Program-made: the position numbers and the translations under genes
Part shown: in pieces, positions 47,535 to 59,528 of the stretch
How positions within the stretch are numbered: the first letter of the stretch is position 1
How the letters are laid out: each line of letters begins with the position of its first letter
Origin: a virus
DNA: 64,000 nucleotides
Virus record (IMG/VR): IMGVR_UViG_3300001347_000003
Reading direction: 5' to 3' (one strand)
The notes under the pieces: model-generated
The model's database searches: none
Told to the model about the DNA's origin: nothing
The model's input: only the letters and a program-made list of their open reading frames with translations

Positions 47535-49140
47535 ATGAAAAAAACAGAACTAGGTTATAACGGTTGGGCAAATCATGCTACTTGGCTTGTAGCCGTTTGG
47601 GAATACATCGATTTGTTTTCAGAAATTTATTTTGAAAATGGCGATAAGCCTGAAGATGTAAGCGAACGAGATGTTGAAGAAATGTTCTACGATTATGTCG
47701 ATAATGAAATTCCTAGTAGCGGTATTATTTCTGACATGGTAAGTAACGCAACGTCAACAATCGATTGGCGGGAAATTACAGAACACGTTAAGGATCAATT
47801 ACAAGATAGGATTCTAGATAATTTCTAATGAACAAGAATCGTATTGTCATGGATTATTATGAGCAATGGGGCGAAGGCTCTGAAGGCTTGGCTATGGCAA
47901 TTAGTAACGTGCGCATGGATGATATAAACGCAGTAGGTCACTTAAATAAGCTGCTGAAAAACGCTGAAGAATACGCATACGATGGTAACGTATCTTACGT
48001 GGAAGATTTGCTTTATGATGCACACGCTGAGGCTATGCTTACTTCCGATCAAGAATGGATTGAGGCGTTGCTAAACCTTACGGCACAATATTAAAAACAG
48101 AGATATGAGAACAACAGAACAGATTGCTCAACTATTTGAAAACATGGGTTATGTAATTGATTACGTAGTAGGAAACACCATTGAAGTAGTAAAGTATGAC
48201 GGCAGCGATTGGACAGACCGAGAATTGGATATGTTATATGATGAAGCAGGTATGTATGACAGCGTTCGAGTAAGTCAAATTTATAATGACCCTAGCGTTG
48301 CCCAAGTCGAAGTAGGGGTATAACCCAGTTGACGAAAAGAATTAGGACATGGAATATGAATTGGAAATAAACGTTTACGGACAGGACGAAGACCACGTAA
48401 CACGCGAATTGAAAAAAGACGGTTTCTCTGATAATTGGAGCAACAACAACCCTAACGAATATGGGGTACTGTATTTTTACAACGATGGTGTATACGGAAA
48501 TTCAGTAGTTGTCACCTTTGTTCTTGAAGAGTACGAAGACCGTTATATCGATGAACTGATTGACTACTTAGAACGGGATCTGAGATGGGAGATTGGATAT
48601 TAAAAACAACAGAGATATGATTGACGATATAATTTACGAGCTTGAAGGAAATGGATATGATGTTACAGATGAGGGAGGCAATACCTTATTTGTGAGTGTG
48701 TTGGATACTGTATCGCCAGGGCCAGGAGGCATTTACAACATGATGCCAAATGAAAATATGTTGGACGATATTTACGAAACTGCTTCGATGTATGCCGCAG
48801 TTAATGTATTTATTGACCGTGGAGCGAGAGGTGTAGTGGTAGAAGTTTTACGCTAAACAACAGAGATATGCAGGTTTTAAAAAATTTTTTAAGCGGTGCA
48901 ACGCAAAGCGAAGCACTAGGTGTAGTTTATTCTTGTTTGGAAGATGCAAATGCGCATTCTGAAAACAGAAAATTAGAACAAGCATTTGGGAACATTGATT
49001 ATTCTTATATGCCCTACGACGCTGCGTCACACGTTACAAGTGCCGTTGGTTACAACATAGACGAAGTAATAGATGAACTAATCGATGCTTTAGATATGAC
49101 TGGCTTTAGAGATATAGCTGATTTTTTATCGCAATTTTAA
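47535..49140 (+). other. Cassette of six small acidic ORFs (copy 2)
   Basis: Identical to 18346-19951. Confidence 0.75.
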
Positions 49141-49143
49141 AAA

Positions 49144-50055
49144 ATGGAGCGCAAACTTGTTGAACTACTTATCGAAGAAGGTTCGAGTGCATGGGGCGTA
49201 GAGGCAATTAGCCTTGTAAAGTTTCCTGCAATCGAAGAGAACTTTGTTTTCTTTAGCAAGGACGGCAACACACGTGCCATGAGTTTAGCTGCTGTAGACG
49301 AAGACCAGCGTACAGTAGTGGGTGCAGCTTTGATTCCTGACAAACACATTCCTAGGATTGACGAAAATACCGATGAAGAATACGATGTGTACTTCAGTAA
49401 GGAAACAGTCAAATTAGCGAGTGAGTTATTTCTAAAGCAGAACCGAACTAACGACCATACTAAAGAGCATCTTGAAAAAGTAGATGATGTAAGCGTAGTT
49501 GAAAGCTGGATCGTAGAAGACCCTGAACTAGACAAAAGCAAAGTATACGGGTTTTCTGTTCCTGAAGGAACATGGATGGTAAAACTTCAGGTAGCTAACG
49601 ATGAAGTTTGGAGCGAGATTAAGGAAGGCAAGCTCCGAGGCTTAAGCATCGAGGGCTATTTCTCAGATAAAGTAGAAGAAATGAGTAAGTCGCTATCTAT
49701 GAAAAAAGTATTTAAGAAATTGTGGTTTGCTGTCAAGCGTAAATTTTACCAAGAGGTGACGCTAAGTGAAGGCTTTACGATTGCTACTGAAGATGAAAAT
49801 CTTACGGCGGGAAGCGTAGTGTTTAAAATCGACGAAGAAGGATTGCCTGCTGAACTTCCTAACGGTAAGTACACTACTGAAGCAGGCGTAGAACTAGAAG
49901 TTTTTGAAGGCGTATTGACAGAGTACGATAACGAAGTAAAGGCAGTCGAAGATGCAGTCGAAGAAACGGAGATGGAAGTAGTAGAATTAAATCAGCGTAA
50001 GGTCAAGTTCTATACAGCGTACCTAAAGCGTAAATACTACAACACCTACGGATGA
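49144..50055 (+). CDS. Prohead protease (copy 2)
   Basis: Identical to 19955-20866. Confidence 0.8.
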   Translation: MERKLVELLIEEGSSAWGVEAISLVKFPAIEENFVFFSKDGNTRAMSLAAVDEDQRTVVGAALIPDKHIPRIDENTDEEYDVYFSKETVKLASELFLKQNRTNDHTKEHLEKVDDVSVVESWIVEDPELDKSKVYGFSVPEGTWMVKLQVANDEVWSEIKEGKLRGLSIEGYFSDKVEEMSKSLSMKKVFKKLWFAVKRKFYQEVTLSEGFTIATEDENLTAGSVVFKIDEEGLPAELPNGKYTTEAGVELEVFEGVLTEYDNEVKAVEDAVEETEMEVVELNQRKVKFYTAYLKRKYYNTYG

Positions 50056-50340
50056 ATCCTTTAATCGATAGAATTTGGTCTACTTGGACAAACACGAGTC
50101 AGGAAGAATTGCTTTTAATGCTACGTGAATTTCGGTTTGACTATTTTTTTGAGGACAGTTTTTTACACGCTTTAGACATTGTCGAAGAAGCAATTTTAGA
50201 GGAGGACTACGAACGAGCAATGATTATTTTTCAGGAGATGAAGCCGTCAGGTATTTTTCTGCCGAGGGACTTTGACTTGTTTATGGAAATTTTAGACGAA
50301 GCCAATTATGGGTATTAACAACCAACATATATTTAAAAAA

Positions 50341-50862
50341 ATGCGTAACAGAAAATTCGCAGAAGACGAGGTAGTCGTTGAAGAAGAAACTACCGTGACT
50401 GAAGAAACCGTGGAAGAAAGCCTCGACTACCACGATCAATTTGTATCAATTTTAGTTGACATGGGGCTGTCAGCAGAACAAGCTGAAGCTGTGCATACGA
50501 TGGCTATGGACTTAATCGATGCAGGCGAAGGCGAAGAAATCACAGAAGAAGTGAGTGAAGAAGTAAAAGTCGAGGCTTCACGCCAACGACGAAACCGACG
50601 AAGCCAACGAGCAGAATTTTCTCGTGGGCGTTCAGCACGACCAGAGCGTCGTGAACTATCCGCTACGGATAAAATGGAACAACGATTGAATCGCTTGGAG
50701 CGTTCTAACCGTGCTTTGCGTAGTCAGCTACGCGAATTCGGGGCAGCACCTGCTACCCGTGGAGTACGAACTGCGCCAACGCAATTGTCTCAATCCAAGG
50801 TCAAACCAAATCTTAGTGCGCCAACAGCGGCTGCATTGGAGATGATTAATAACTACCGATAA
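50341..50862 (+). CDS. Scaffolding protein (copy 2)
   Basis: Identical to 21152-21673. Confidence 0.6.
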   Translation: MRNRKFAEDEVVVEEETTVTEETVEESLDYHDQFVSILVDMGLSAEQAEAVHTMAMDLIDAGEGEEITEEVSEEVKVEASRQRRNRRSQRAEFSRGRSARPERRELSATDKMEQRLNRLERSNRALRSQLREFGAAPATRGVRTAPTQLSQSKVKPNLSAPTAAALEMINNYR

Positions 50863-51920
50863 TGCGACATAATTATCCAACAGTACAAAATCGTGCAGTA
50901 CGTAGGCAGTTTAACAACCCTGAAGTTTTACCTAATACTACGTATGCAGGTGTGCTTGCTGCGCCTTTCGTTGCCCCTGCCCTTAAATTGGCTGACACGT
51001 TAAACAAAGGTTTTGTTCGTCAGATTGACGGCATCCAAAACAAAGCCGTTATTTCTAGCTTTTCTTCTGATACAGGAGTAATTCAAGCTGCGAGTTGCGA
51101 TTGGTCAGATGGTGATAACATGACACTTGGTGAGCGAGTTTTAGAACTTACCGATCTTGCAGTAATGGAGGCTTTGTGCCGTGGTACTTTGCTCCCAACG
51201 TGGGCAGGTATGACTGGCTCACGGGAAACCATGACAGCAGGTTCTCCTGAGTTTGTAAACTTTAGCCTTGCAACCATTGCAGGCTATGCAGCCCAAGGCG
51301 TAGAGAACGGAATTTGGCAGGGCGGTATGGCCGCAGGTCAAAAAGGTTTTCTTTCTAATGACGGGGTTTTAGATGTAACGGGCTATCAAGCCTCAATCCT
51401 TGGTACACGCTCAGGAGGTGTTGCTATTGTCAATGAAGTTGTAGCAGACGCTGCTTCATTTGCAGGTGCTGCTTCATTTATCGTAGGTGCAACGGGTGCA
51501 TTTAATTTGGTTTATCAGAACGCTTTGACAAACTGCCCTGCTATCTTGAACCGTACAGACGTTGCTTACTACTGCTCGCCAAAAACAGCAGGACAGTATA
51601 TGCTAGGTCTTGCAATTTCAGGCGCACATCAAGGTGTGAATATGCAGTCTACAGACCAAGCGTTTGATACATTGCAATATCTCGGTATTCCAATTCACGT
51701 ATGCCCAGGTATGTTTGATGACATCTTGGTTTTGACGTATGAAGAGAACTTGGTAGTTGGTTCAAACTTGAACACGGATTACACTACAGCGCAGTACATC
51801 GACGCTTGGCAGTATGACGGCTCAGACAACGTTAAAATCGTTATGCGATTTGGAACAGGGATGCAAGTTGGAATTCCTGGTGATGTCGTAGTTGGTGGAG
51901 ACACCACACTATTTGCTTAA
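50862..51920 (+). CDS. Major capsid protein (copy 2)
   Basis: Identical to 21673-22731. Confidence 0.8.
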   Translation: MRHNYPTVQNRAVRRQFNNPEVLPNTTYAGVLAAPFVAPALKLADTLNKGFVRQIDGIQNKAVISSFSSDTGVIQAASCDWSDGDNMTLGERVLELTDLAVMEALCRGTLLPTWAGMTGSRETMTAGSPEFVNFSLATIAGYAAQGVENGIWQGGMAAGQKGFLSNDGVLDVTGYQASILGTRSGGVAIVNEVVADAASFAGAASFIVGATGAFNLVYQNALTNCPAILNRTDVAYYCSPKTAGQYMLGLAISGAHQGVNMQSTDQAFDTLQYLGIPIHVCPGMFDDILVLTYEENLVVGSNLNTDYTTAQYIDAWQYDGSDNVKIVMRFGTGMQVGIPGDVVVGGDTTLFA

Positions 51921-51930
51921 TAAGTAAAGT

Positions 51931-52470
51931 ATGGCTTGCGATATTTCAAGCGGACGGATAGTCGATTGTAAAGATCAAGTCGGCGGGATTAGCCGTGTAT
52001 ACATAGGCAACTATGCAGACATGATTAATAACGCTACGTGGACAGCAGCAACTAACGATACAGTTACTGCTATTGCTGCACAAGATTTTTATCAATTTGA
52101 CGTTCGCCCCGAAACGAGTTCTATGACAGTCACTTACGCAAGTGACCCTGCCGCAGGAACTACGTTTTTCGAACAAGCATTATCTCTGACATTTCAAAAG
52201 CTGGATGCTACAGATATTGCTGATATACGTGCGCTGTGCCAAGGGCGGCCTAACATTTGGGTTGAAGACAACAATTCCAACGTATGGTTGCTAGGTGCAG
52301 AATTTGGATGTAACGTAACAGGGGGCAACCTTGTTACGGGGACATCCTTTGCAGATTTGACGGGTTACACTATTGACTTCTCAGGACGAGAATCAAACCC
52401 TGTTTGGATTGCATCACCAGGTTCGGTGGGTAGTCCATTGAGTGGGGTAACGGGTGTAACTGTAGTATAA
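51931..52470 (+). CDS. Major tail protein (copy 2)
   Basis: Identical to 22742-23281. Confidence 0.7.
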   Translation: MACDISSGRIVDCKDQVGGISRVYIGNYADMINNATWTAATNDTVTAIAAQDFYQFDVRPETSSMTVTYASDPAAGTTFFEQALSLTFQKLDATDIADIRALCQGRPNIWVEDNNSNVWLLGAEFGCNVTGGNLVTGTSFADLTGYTIDFSGRESNPVWIASPGSVGSPLSGVTGVTVV

Positions 52471-52484
52471 ATTTGGGTTAGAGG

Positions 52485-52522
52485 AAAGGGGGGAAGGTTC
52501 TGCTTTGCCTTCCCCCTTTTTT
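52485..52522 (+). terminator. Rho-independent terminator (copy 2)
   Basis: Identical to 23296-23333. Confidence 0.85.
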
Positions 52523-52899
52523 GATTACATAAGACAGAATATGATACAACTTACCAACGATGCAGGTTACCAATCGTTCTATCTAAAGCTAGATGGATAT
52601 GACACTACAGCATTAACGAACGTCAGGGTTACAATCGTAAATCAATTGACTGGTAAGTTGACGGCTTTTGGATCGGTTACGCCTACGGCAGCGAACGGTA
52701 GGTATACGACCATTCAAATCGAAATAGCGGCTAGTCCAAAACTTGTTGAAGGTTTGTATTTGTTGACAGTCAAAAATGATGCAAACAATGTAACTTACGC
52801 TAAACGTCTTGCGTTTGTTTCAAGCACACCTGCCTTTGAAGAATCGACATACACGCCGTATGAAGAAAACGATACAGACGCATACAACGTATACGCACA

Positions 52900-54870
52900 A
52901 TGAATAAGCAGAACTTCTCAATTTTACAGTATCAAGCTACTAACGTTCCTCTTTTTCGAGAGAGTCAGAATAAGCTGTGGATTGATATGGGCGTTGACAA
53001 TCTATACCCACACTACTTAGAAGAACTTTTTGCTAGTTCAAGTATGCACGGTGCAATCATTAAAGGCGCAAGCGAAATGATTTATGGTGAAGGCTTGAAT
53101 GCAATTGGAAAAGATAAACACGTTGACCAATGGCTAAAGGTAAATTCTATTTTTGGCGATGGATCGTGTTTAAAGAAAGCTGCCTTTGACCTAAAGCTAT
53201 ACGGTCAATGCTACTTAAATATCATTTGGAGTCAAGACCGAACTACGGTTAGCCGTGTATACCATTTGCCAGCCGCTACTATTCGATGCGGCATAGCTGA
53301 CGATGAAGATAATATCCCTTTGTTCTATCATAAAAAGGATTGGGACAAACAGCAAGAAGAGCCTTTAGTCATTCCCGCTTTCAATACCAACGATAGAACT
53401 GCGCCTTCGCAATGCTTGCATATCAAAATGTATACGCCATTATCGTTTTACTATGGCGCACCCGATTATCAAGCAGGCACAAATTGGGCGCAAATAGCGT
53501 CTGATTTATCCGACTACCATCTTTCCACAATTTCTCAGGGCTTCTTTCCTAGTACCATTATGTCTTTTTTTGGGGGCGTACCAACAGAAGAAGAACGTGC
53601 TGAATTAGAGCGATTAGTTTATAACAAGTTCGGAGGGGCGAACAACGCAGGTAAAATCTTGATGACGTTTAATGACTCACAAGACACAGCCCCAACTGTT
53701 GAAAGTTTTAATATATCCGATGCTCACCAAATCTTTGACTATCTAAGTGAGCAATGCGATAAAAAAGTATTGTCAGCGCATAGGGTAACTTCCCCGTTGC
53801 TATTTGGTTTGCGCGATACAGGAGGAGGTTTTGGAAACAATGCTGATGAGATGAAAGAGTCGTATGACTTGTTCTATAACACAGTCATTTTACCTTTCCA
53901 ACGTCTCTTGCTTGACGGCTTACGTCCAGTCTTTGCAGCGAGTAACGTTACGCTTGAATTGTACTTTACACCTATGAAGCCTGCATCATTTGTAGACGTA
54001 GATAATTTGTTTAATCCTGTAGCAGCAGGCGATAGTTCAGATAAAGATGCGAGTTATGATGGCGGGCAAATTGGAAGCGCGGTTGATGTCTTAGTCAAAG
54101 TGCAAGAAGGGCTTATTACAGTTGATCAAGCTAAAGTATTCTTAGTGCAGATGTTGCAATTTACACCTGAAGTAGCAGATGCTTTGTTTAGGGAAGGCGT
54201 AGACGCAATCGAAGAAGTACAGAAGGAAGAGGTACAAGAAGAGGCAATTGCAGAAACGCAGTTAAAAAAAAAAGACTCTGAGTTAAAGAAGCGCATGAGG
54301 GCTTTGGACGCAAGGTTGGGCGAAGATTACTATCACGTAAAATCTGAATTGGTAGATGATGATGGGATTGATGAAATGCTACACGCTAAGAAGCATTTGT
54401 TTTATGCTGAATACTCAAACGTAGAAGATGTTTCCGAGTACGATATAATTGGAAAAGATGACTACTTGTTTGCGGTTAGGTATCGATACGCAGAAACCGC
54501 TACTACGCCTGCACAGAGCAACGAAAGCAGGGACTACTGCGTAGACATGATGGAACTTTCCGATGATGGTGTTATCTATCGTTACGAAGACATAGAGGAT
54601 ATGTATTATGAAAATCCTGAATTTAATCACCCTGGCACATCGGGTTTCGACAAGTTCACCCTAAAGGGCGGTATCTATTGCAGGCATGGATGGCAAAGGG
54701 AAATCTTTATTTACGCTCCTGACGGTGAACCAAAGGAAATGGATATGATAGAAATTGAAGGAAATTGGGATGACGTAATGCGTAGGGTTGGCAATAACCC
54801 TGACGTAGTACAGAAGGGAGAAGAATACATTGCACCAATTGATATGCCTAATAGGGGCGCATATAACTAA
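52900..54870 (+). CDS. Portal protein (copy 2)
   Basis: Identical to 23711-25681. Confidence 0.85.
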   Translation: MNKQNFSILQYQATNVPLFRESQNKLWIDMGVDNLYPHYLEELFASSSMHGAIIKGASEMIYGEGLNAIGKDKHVDQWLKVNSIFGDGSCLKKAAFDLKLYGQCYLNIIWSQDRTTVSRVYHLPAATIRCGIADDEDNIPLFYHKKDWDKQQEEPLVIPAFNTNDRTAPSQCLHIKMYTPLSFYYGAPDYQAGTNWAQIASDLSDYHLSTISQGFFPSTIMSFFGGVPTEEERAELERLVYNKFGGANNAGKILMTFNDSQDTAPTVESFNISDAHQIFDYLSEQCDKKVLSAHRVTSPLLFGLRDTGGGFGNNADEMKESYDLFYNTVILPFQRLLLDGLRPVFAASNVTLELYFTPMKPASFVDVDNLFNPVAAGDSSDKDASYDGGQIGSAVDVLVKVQEGLITVDQAKVFLVQMLQFTPEVADALFREGVDAIEEVQKEEVQEEAIAETQLKKKDSELKKRMRALDARLGEDYYHVKSELVDDDGIDEMLHAKKHLFYAEYSNVEDVSEYDIIGKDDYLFAVRYRYAETATTPAQSNESRDYCVDMMELSDDGVIYRYEDIEDMYYENPEFNHPGTSGFDKFTLKGGIYCRHGWQREIFIYAPDGEPKEMDMIEIEGNWDDVMRRVGNNPDVVQKGEEYIAPIDMPNRGAYN

Positions 54871-54875
54871 ACAAC

Positions 54876-55460
54876 ATGGCAACTACACTATACATAAGTT
54901 CAAGCAAGCTAAAGCGAGATACAGCACTTGGAAGCACGGTTGATGACAACCTCTTGCAGCCTTACATAAAGATTGCACAGGACAGATGGATTTTACCTGC
55001 TTTAGGTACAGAACTAGAAAACAAAATCAGCGCATTGATTGATGCTGATGAAGTAGCAAATCCTGGTAACGAAGCCTACGCAACGCTTTTAAACGATTAC
55101 ATACAGCCGTGTTTGGTGCAGCTTGCTTTTACGGAAGTTGCCTATGTAGTGCGTATGAAGTTTGCAAACAATAGCGTAGTAGTAAACGGATCAGAACAAG
55201 GTTCTGCCGCAAGCCTTACAGACATTAAAGTTATTGTAGAGCAATCAAACGAAATCGGTATGTTTTACCGTCAGCGTATGATTACGTATCTTCAGTTTAA
55301 CAGCGGTTTATTTCCTGAATACACATCAAATACAGGGGCTGACCTTTCACCATCTCAACGCAATTATTTTGGAGGACTCAACGTGTACCCAAGAATTCCC
55401 ACAAACAATCAGCTCAAAGCAATTGCAACAGCTTTGGGCATTAGATATTACAACGCGTAA
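54876..55460 (+). CDS. Head-tail adaptor (copy 2)
   Basis: Identical to 25687-26271. Confidence 0.6.
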   Translation: MATTLYISSSKLKRDTALGSTVDDNLLQPYIKIAQDRWILPALGTELENKISALIDADEVANPGNEAYATLLNDYIQPCLVQLAFTEVAYVVRMKFANNSVVVNGSEQGSAASLTDIKVIVEQSNEIGMFYRQRMITYLQFNSGLFPEYTSNTGADLSPSQRNYFGGLNVYPRIPTNNQLKAIATALGIRYYNA

Positions 55461-55489
55461 TCATTTAAAACTTCAGAAATACTTAAACG

Positions 55490-56899
55490 ATGTCAACCAA
55501 AGTAACCGACTTAACGGAGTTAGCGGCAACGCCTAACAGTACAGACGTTTTACACATTGTAGACGTAAGCGATACTTCAGGAGGATCAGCAGGCACAAGT
55601 AAGAAAATTAAGGTAAGCAACCTTTTAACTAGTGGAGGCGCGGTTGATTCTGTCAATGGACAAACGGGTGTAGTAGTTCTTGAGATGAATGATATAGATG
55701 ATGTCAACGCAGCTACACCTGCGGACAATATCGTTTTATCATACGATACGGCTACAAGTAAGTACATAGCCGATACGCGACTAACTACGCTATACACAGA
55801 ATTTAGAAATGGTACGGCGGTAAATGTATATGCAGACGGAACAACTGCAACGCAAGGAAGGATTGAGCTAACGGCTACAGGGGCAAATCTAAAGACAGGC
55901 GTAACAGGAATTGACGTCACAGAAACGAGTCCAGGCGATATAGATTTTACTGTAGCTACGGATGCAACGGGTAGCACAACGTTTACTGCGCTTCACTTAG
56001 ACGGAACGACAGTTGCAAACGAAGCCAATCTAATTGTTAAGCTAGGATGTTTTTTAGCCATTGAAGGTACAAGCAATGCACAGGCTAAATTTCGCAGCAC
56101 AAATTCAGGCAACACACTTTACAACGTCCCTGCTTCTTCAGGAACTTTAGCTTTAACTAGTGATATTCCAAGCGTACCTGTTGATGATGTAACAGGCGGT
56201 ACAGGAATTACAGCTAGTCCAACAACAGGTAACGTAGTTGTTACTTTAGACAACACAGCAGTTACACCAGGTAGTTACACGAGCGCAGATATAACAGTAG
56301 ATGCACAGGGGCGCATTACGGCAGCAGCTAACGGAAGCGGCGGGGGCGGTAGCGGAATTAAATTTTCGACAGCGTTTGGTGGGCGGTGGGAATTTGCCAC
56401 AAGTGAAACAGGCGCAACTAAATGGGTAAATTTAGGCGGTTATAACGGCATGAGTTTTTATAATTGGACTAATGGTCAAACGGCAACTTTGTCTGCTGAC
56501 CCACCAACGGTTGGTTCATCTACTTTAACTTTAAGTTCATATTTCTACGGTAAATATGGGTGGATCACACCTACGGCAGGAACATTAAAAATTAACGCAA
56601 CCTGTAGTTGGGACACAATGACTGCGGGTGGGGCTGGTGAGGTTATGGAATGGCTTTGTTTAAAAGTTCCTGGAACTGAGTTAAACGGGACTTTTCAAGG
56701 CTCAGTTGCAGGTACTGTTTGTGCTTATGGCTCAGTTACTTGTCCATCAAGCAACCCAAATATTAGCCCAAATTCTCTTGCCATTACAGGAGGAAGTGTA
56801 TCGGCAGGCGATGTTATAATGACATTAGCACGTTTTAAAAATGCTACATTTACTTCCACACAATATATTCAAAGTAACGTATCATTTACAGTAGAATGA
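55490..56899 (+). CDS. Fibre protein (copy 2)
   Basis: Identical to 26301-27710. Confidence 0.7.
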   Translation: MSTKVTDLTELAATPNSTDVLHIVDVSDTSGGSAGTSKKIKVSNLLTSGGAVDSVNGQTGVVVLEMNDIDDVNAATPADNIVLSYDTATSKYIADTRLTTLYTEFRNGTAVNVYADGTTATQGRIELTATGANLKTGVTGIDVTETSPGDIDFTVATDATGSTTFTALHLDGTTVANEANLIVKLGCFLAIEGTSNAQAKFRSTNSGNTLYNVPASSGTLALTSDIPSVPVDDVTGGTGITASPTTGNVVVTLDNTAVTPGSYTSADITVDAQGRITAAANGSGGGGSGIKFSTAFGGRWEFATSETGATKWVNLGGYNGMSFYNWTNGQTATLSADPPTVGSSTLTLSSYFYGKYGWITPTAGTLKINATCSWDTMTAGGAGEVMEWLCLKVPGTELNGTFQGSVAGTVCAYGSVTCPSSNPNISPNSLAITGGSVSAGDVIMTLARFKNATFTSTQYIQSNVSFTVE

Positions 56900-57251
56900 G
56901 CAATCACACAAAAACACCTGAACAAATGCACTCTTTGGTAGCTGATATGTTAGCGGCTCAAACAGATGCAGAAAAAATTGTTCTTATTGAAATATTTTTA
57001 CAATCGTTTGTAGATGATTTTTACGCCTTTGAAATTGAAGAGCCATGAATTACGAATTGATTAGCGTAGCGGTGGGTGCAGTCGGCGGGATAATCGGAAC
57101 TTATGTGAAGATGGAAAACGAACTGACGAAAGTAAAAAGCCGTTTGATTAGCTTAGAGAAACAAGAAACTAGGGTGCAACAATCCTTGGATGTTTTGCTA
57201 GAAGGCGTAAACGAAATCAAATTGCTACTCGCTAAAAAAGGAATAGAATGA

Positions 57252-57611
57252 ATGCAGATTAAGATGTCTACTCGCTTAGTTGTTTTGACTAAAACAAAGG
57301 CTTTTAAAATTCCATTGGATCGCAGAGGATGGTTGCAAGGAATAAACGAAGGCAAGGTTTGGAAGGATTACAAAAGAAGCGGTTATCTTGCTCCGTTGCT
57401 TTGGTCGTTCGGTGGGTTTGTTTGTATGCGGAGAATCGCACCTACTAACGAAATACCTTCGCAACTTGTTGCAATGGTTAAAGCTACTATTCCCGCTTTT
57501 GACATTACTAACTGTGACTTGTACCGTTTAGAAAATTGGGGCGAGTATAGGGGTTCTCGTGTACTTTTAGATTACGGCATCGACGAACGCATTTCAACAA
57601 TGTACGCATGA
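57252..57611 (+). CDS. Minimal kinase-like protein (copy 2)
   Basis: Identical to 28063-28422. Confidence 0.6.
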   Translation: MQIKMSTRLVVLTKTKAFKIPLDRRGWLQGINEGKVWKDYKRSGYLAPLLWSFGGFVCMRRIAPTNEIPSQLVAMVKATIPAFDITNCDLYRLENWGEYRGSRVLLDYGIDERISTMYA

Positions 57612-57693
57612 AACTACGAAGGCAATATGAAGATAGTTTTTACTTGGTAGTCGTAGGGGTAATCGGGTTGCTTTTATCTGTGCTTTATTTGCT

Positions 57694-58107
57694 ATGAGGC
57701 AGCTTAAAAAAATTATCTTGCATTGCACGGCTACCAGGGAAGGGCAAGAATTAGACATAACAACCATTGACCATTGGCACAGAAAAAGGGGATGGTCAGA
57801 AATCGGTTATCACTACGTGATTTATGCTAATGGGTTTATAGCAACCGGAAGGGACATAAGAAAAAAAGGTGCGCACGTTAAAGGAGAAAATCATGATTCC
57901 GTAGGTGTCGCATACGTAGGGGGACTTGATCAAAATTTAGTACCAACAGACACAATGACCATGAAGCAAGAACTAGCTTTTTTGCATTTAGTAAATTCCT
58001 TACGTGTCGTGTTTGGTGAACTATCTGTACATGGACATAATGAGTATTCAAGCAAAGCCTGCCCTAGCTTTAACGTGCAGGAAAAATATAAATTCTTAAA
58101 TAAATAA
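57694..58107 (+). CDS. Amidase endolysin (copy 2)
   Basis: Identical to 28505-28918. Confidence 0.92.
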   Translation: MRQLKKIILHCTATREGQELDITTIDHWHRKRGWSEIGYHYVIYANGFIATGRDIRKKGAHVKGENHDSVGVAYVGGLDQNLVPTDTMTMKQELAFLHLVNSLRVVFGELSVHGHNEYSSKACPSFNVQEKYKFLNK

Positions 58108-58306
58108 AGATGGATTTTCTACTATCGAATTGGAGCGAAATCGCGCTCATTTTAATCACGGCAGGCTCAAGTTATACTGCCTTAACCGAAACAAAAGCCG
58201 ACGATAAAATTTTTAATGTTTTGTCACGGATTTTGCAAGCGGTAGTTTTTGGAAAAAACCGAGGCAAGAAGTAACTTGTAAGCGTATTTTACGTGTTCTT
58301 TCTCTG

Positions 58307-58336
58307 AATCCCTGCCTAACGAGGTGGGGATTTTTT
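58307..58336 (+). terminator. Terminator (copy 2)
   Basis: Identical to 29118-29147. Confidence 0.75.
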
Positions 58337-59081
58337 GTGCCTAAATAATTCAAATGTTGCATTATTGATTACTTTACACTATATTCGCGTTATGAAAAAC
58401 AACACGATGATATACACAGAAAGAGAACTGTTTAAGCAAACAGAAGTCGAACATTTAGGTCAAGCCGACCTAATAGTATTTGATGCCGCTAATCCTCAAT
58501 GCGAAGGTTACGTCCTATTAGGATGGGATGAAGTAGGGATGTTCACACAAGGCATGAAACAACCGCGTTATAGATTTCAAAAGTAAGCAACATGAAAAAC
58601 AACAAAATAGATATTTGGAGAGAAAGTCGGTGGGAGAAACGAGCGATAGACGCTTGGTCTTTGCACGAAGATTTAAAAGAATCGGGTGATGACCCTGAAT
58701 TAGAAATGATGGCAAAGTCATTGCTTGAGAAATGCGAGGCTAAACTAGCAGATTATGCAAGGCTACGACAAATACACGCTAAGACGGTAGCAGACAATTT
58801 TATGCTAGGAATACACAAATTAGTAGAAAGCATTAAGTAATGACACATTATATAGACGTAAGGGAAGGCACACATTTAGAAGTGTCTTATAATTATTATC
58901 GGTCAGTAACATCGAACGATTACGATGTGCCGCCTGACCCTGAAGAATTTGAAATAGAAAAAATAGAGTTAGTCAGCGATTCAGGCGTTCGCATGGATAT
59001 AACGAGTTTGACGGAAGACTTGTTAAACGTCTTGCGATGGGATAAAATCAACGAAGAAATCTTTAACCAACATAATTAAAA

Positions 59082-59528
59082 ATGAGCAAAATTATTCAAA
59101 TGCAGTCGTGGGGCAAGCCTTGGAAAAATGACCAAGGAGTTGATTGCTTCAATTTCGAAGTGCTGCTAGACGATCAACGTAGCGCAATTGTAACCGCACA
59201 AAGCGAAACACGATGGCAAGTAGGCAACGAATGCGAAGTCTCCAAAGAATGGACAGATAAGCAAGGCAACAAACGTATGTCACTAAGCAAGCCCAAATCA
59301 GAATGGCAAAGCAAAGGAGGTGGGGGTAAGTCTGCTGAAGACCAGGTACGTATTGGCAGACAATGGGCTATCAATACATCAATTAACTACTTGCAACTTG
59401 TCGTTACGGCCACAGGTCAAATGACACCCGATGAAATTGCTAGGGCAGCACGTATGTTTATTGATATGCGCGATGGCTTAGATGACTTTAAGTACGACCA
59501 AGTAAACAATGATGACCTGCCTTTCTAA
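59082..59528 (+). CDS. SSB-like protein (copy 3)
   Basis: Identical to 704-1150. Confidence 0.65.
   Translation: MSKIIQMQSWGKPWKNDQGVDCFNFEVLLDDQRSAIVTAQSETRWQVGNECEVSKEWTDKQGNKRMSLSKPKSEWQSKGGGGKSAEDQVRIGRQWAINTSINYLQLVVTATGQMTPDEIARAARMFIDMRDGLDDFKYDQVNNDDLPF

Larger units (their letters stand above)
29190..58378 (+). repeat. Copy 2 of the phage genome (direct tandem repeat)
   Basis: Every ORF in the track recurs with identical translation at +29189; spot-checked nucleotides are identical. Confidence 0.97.
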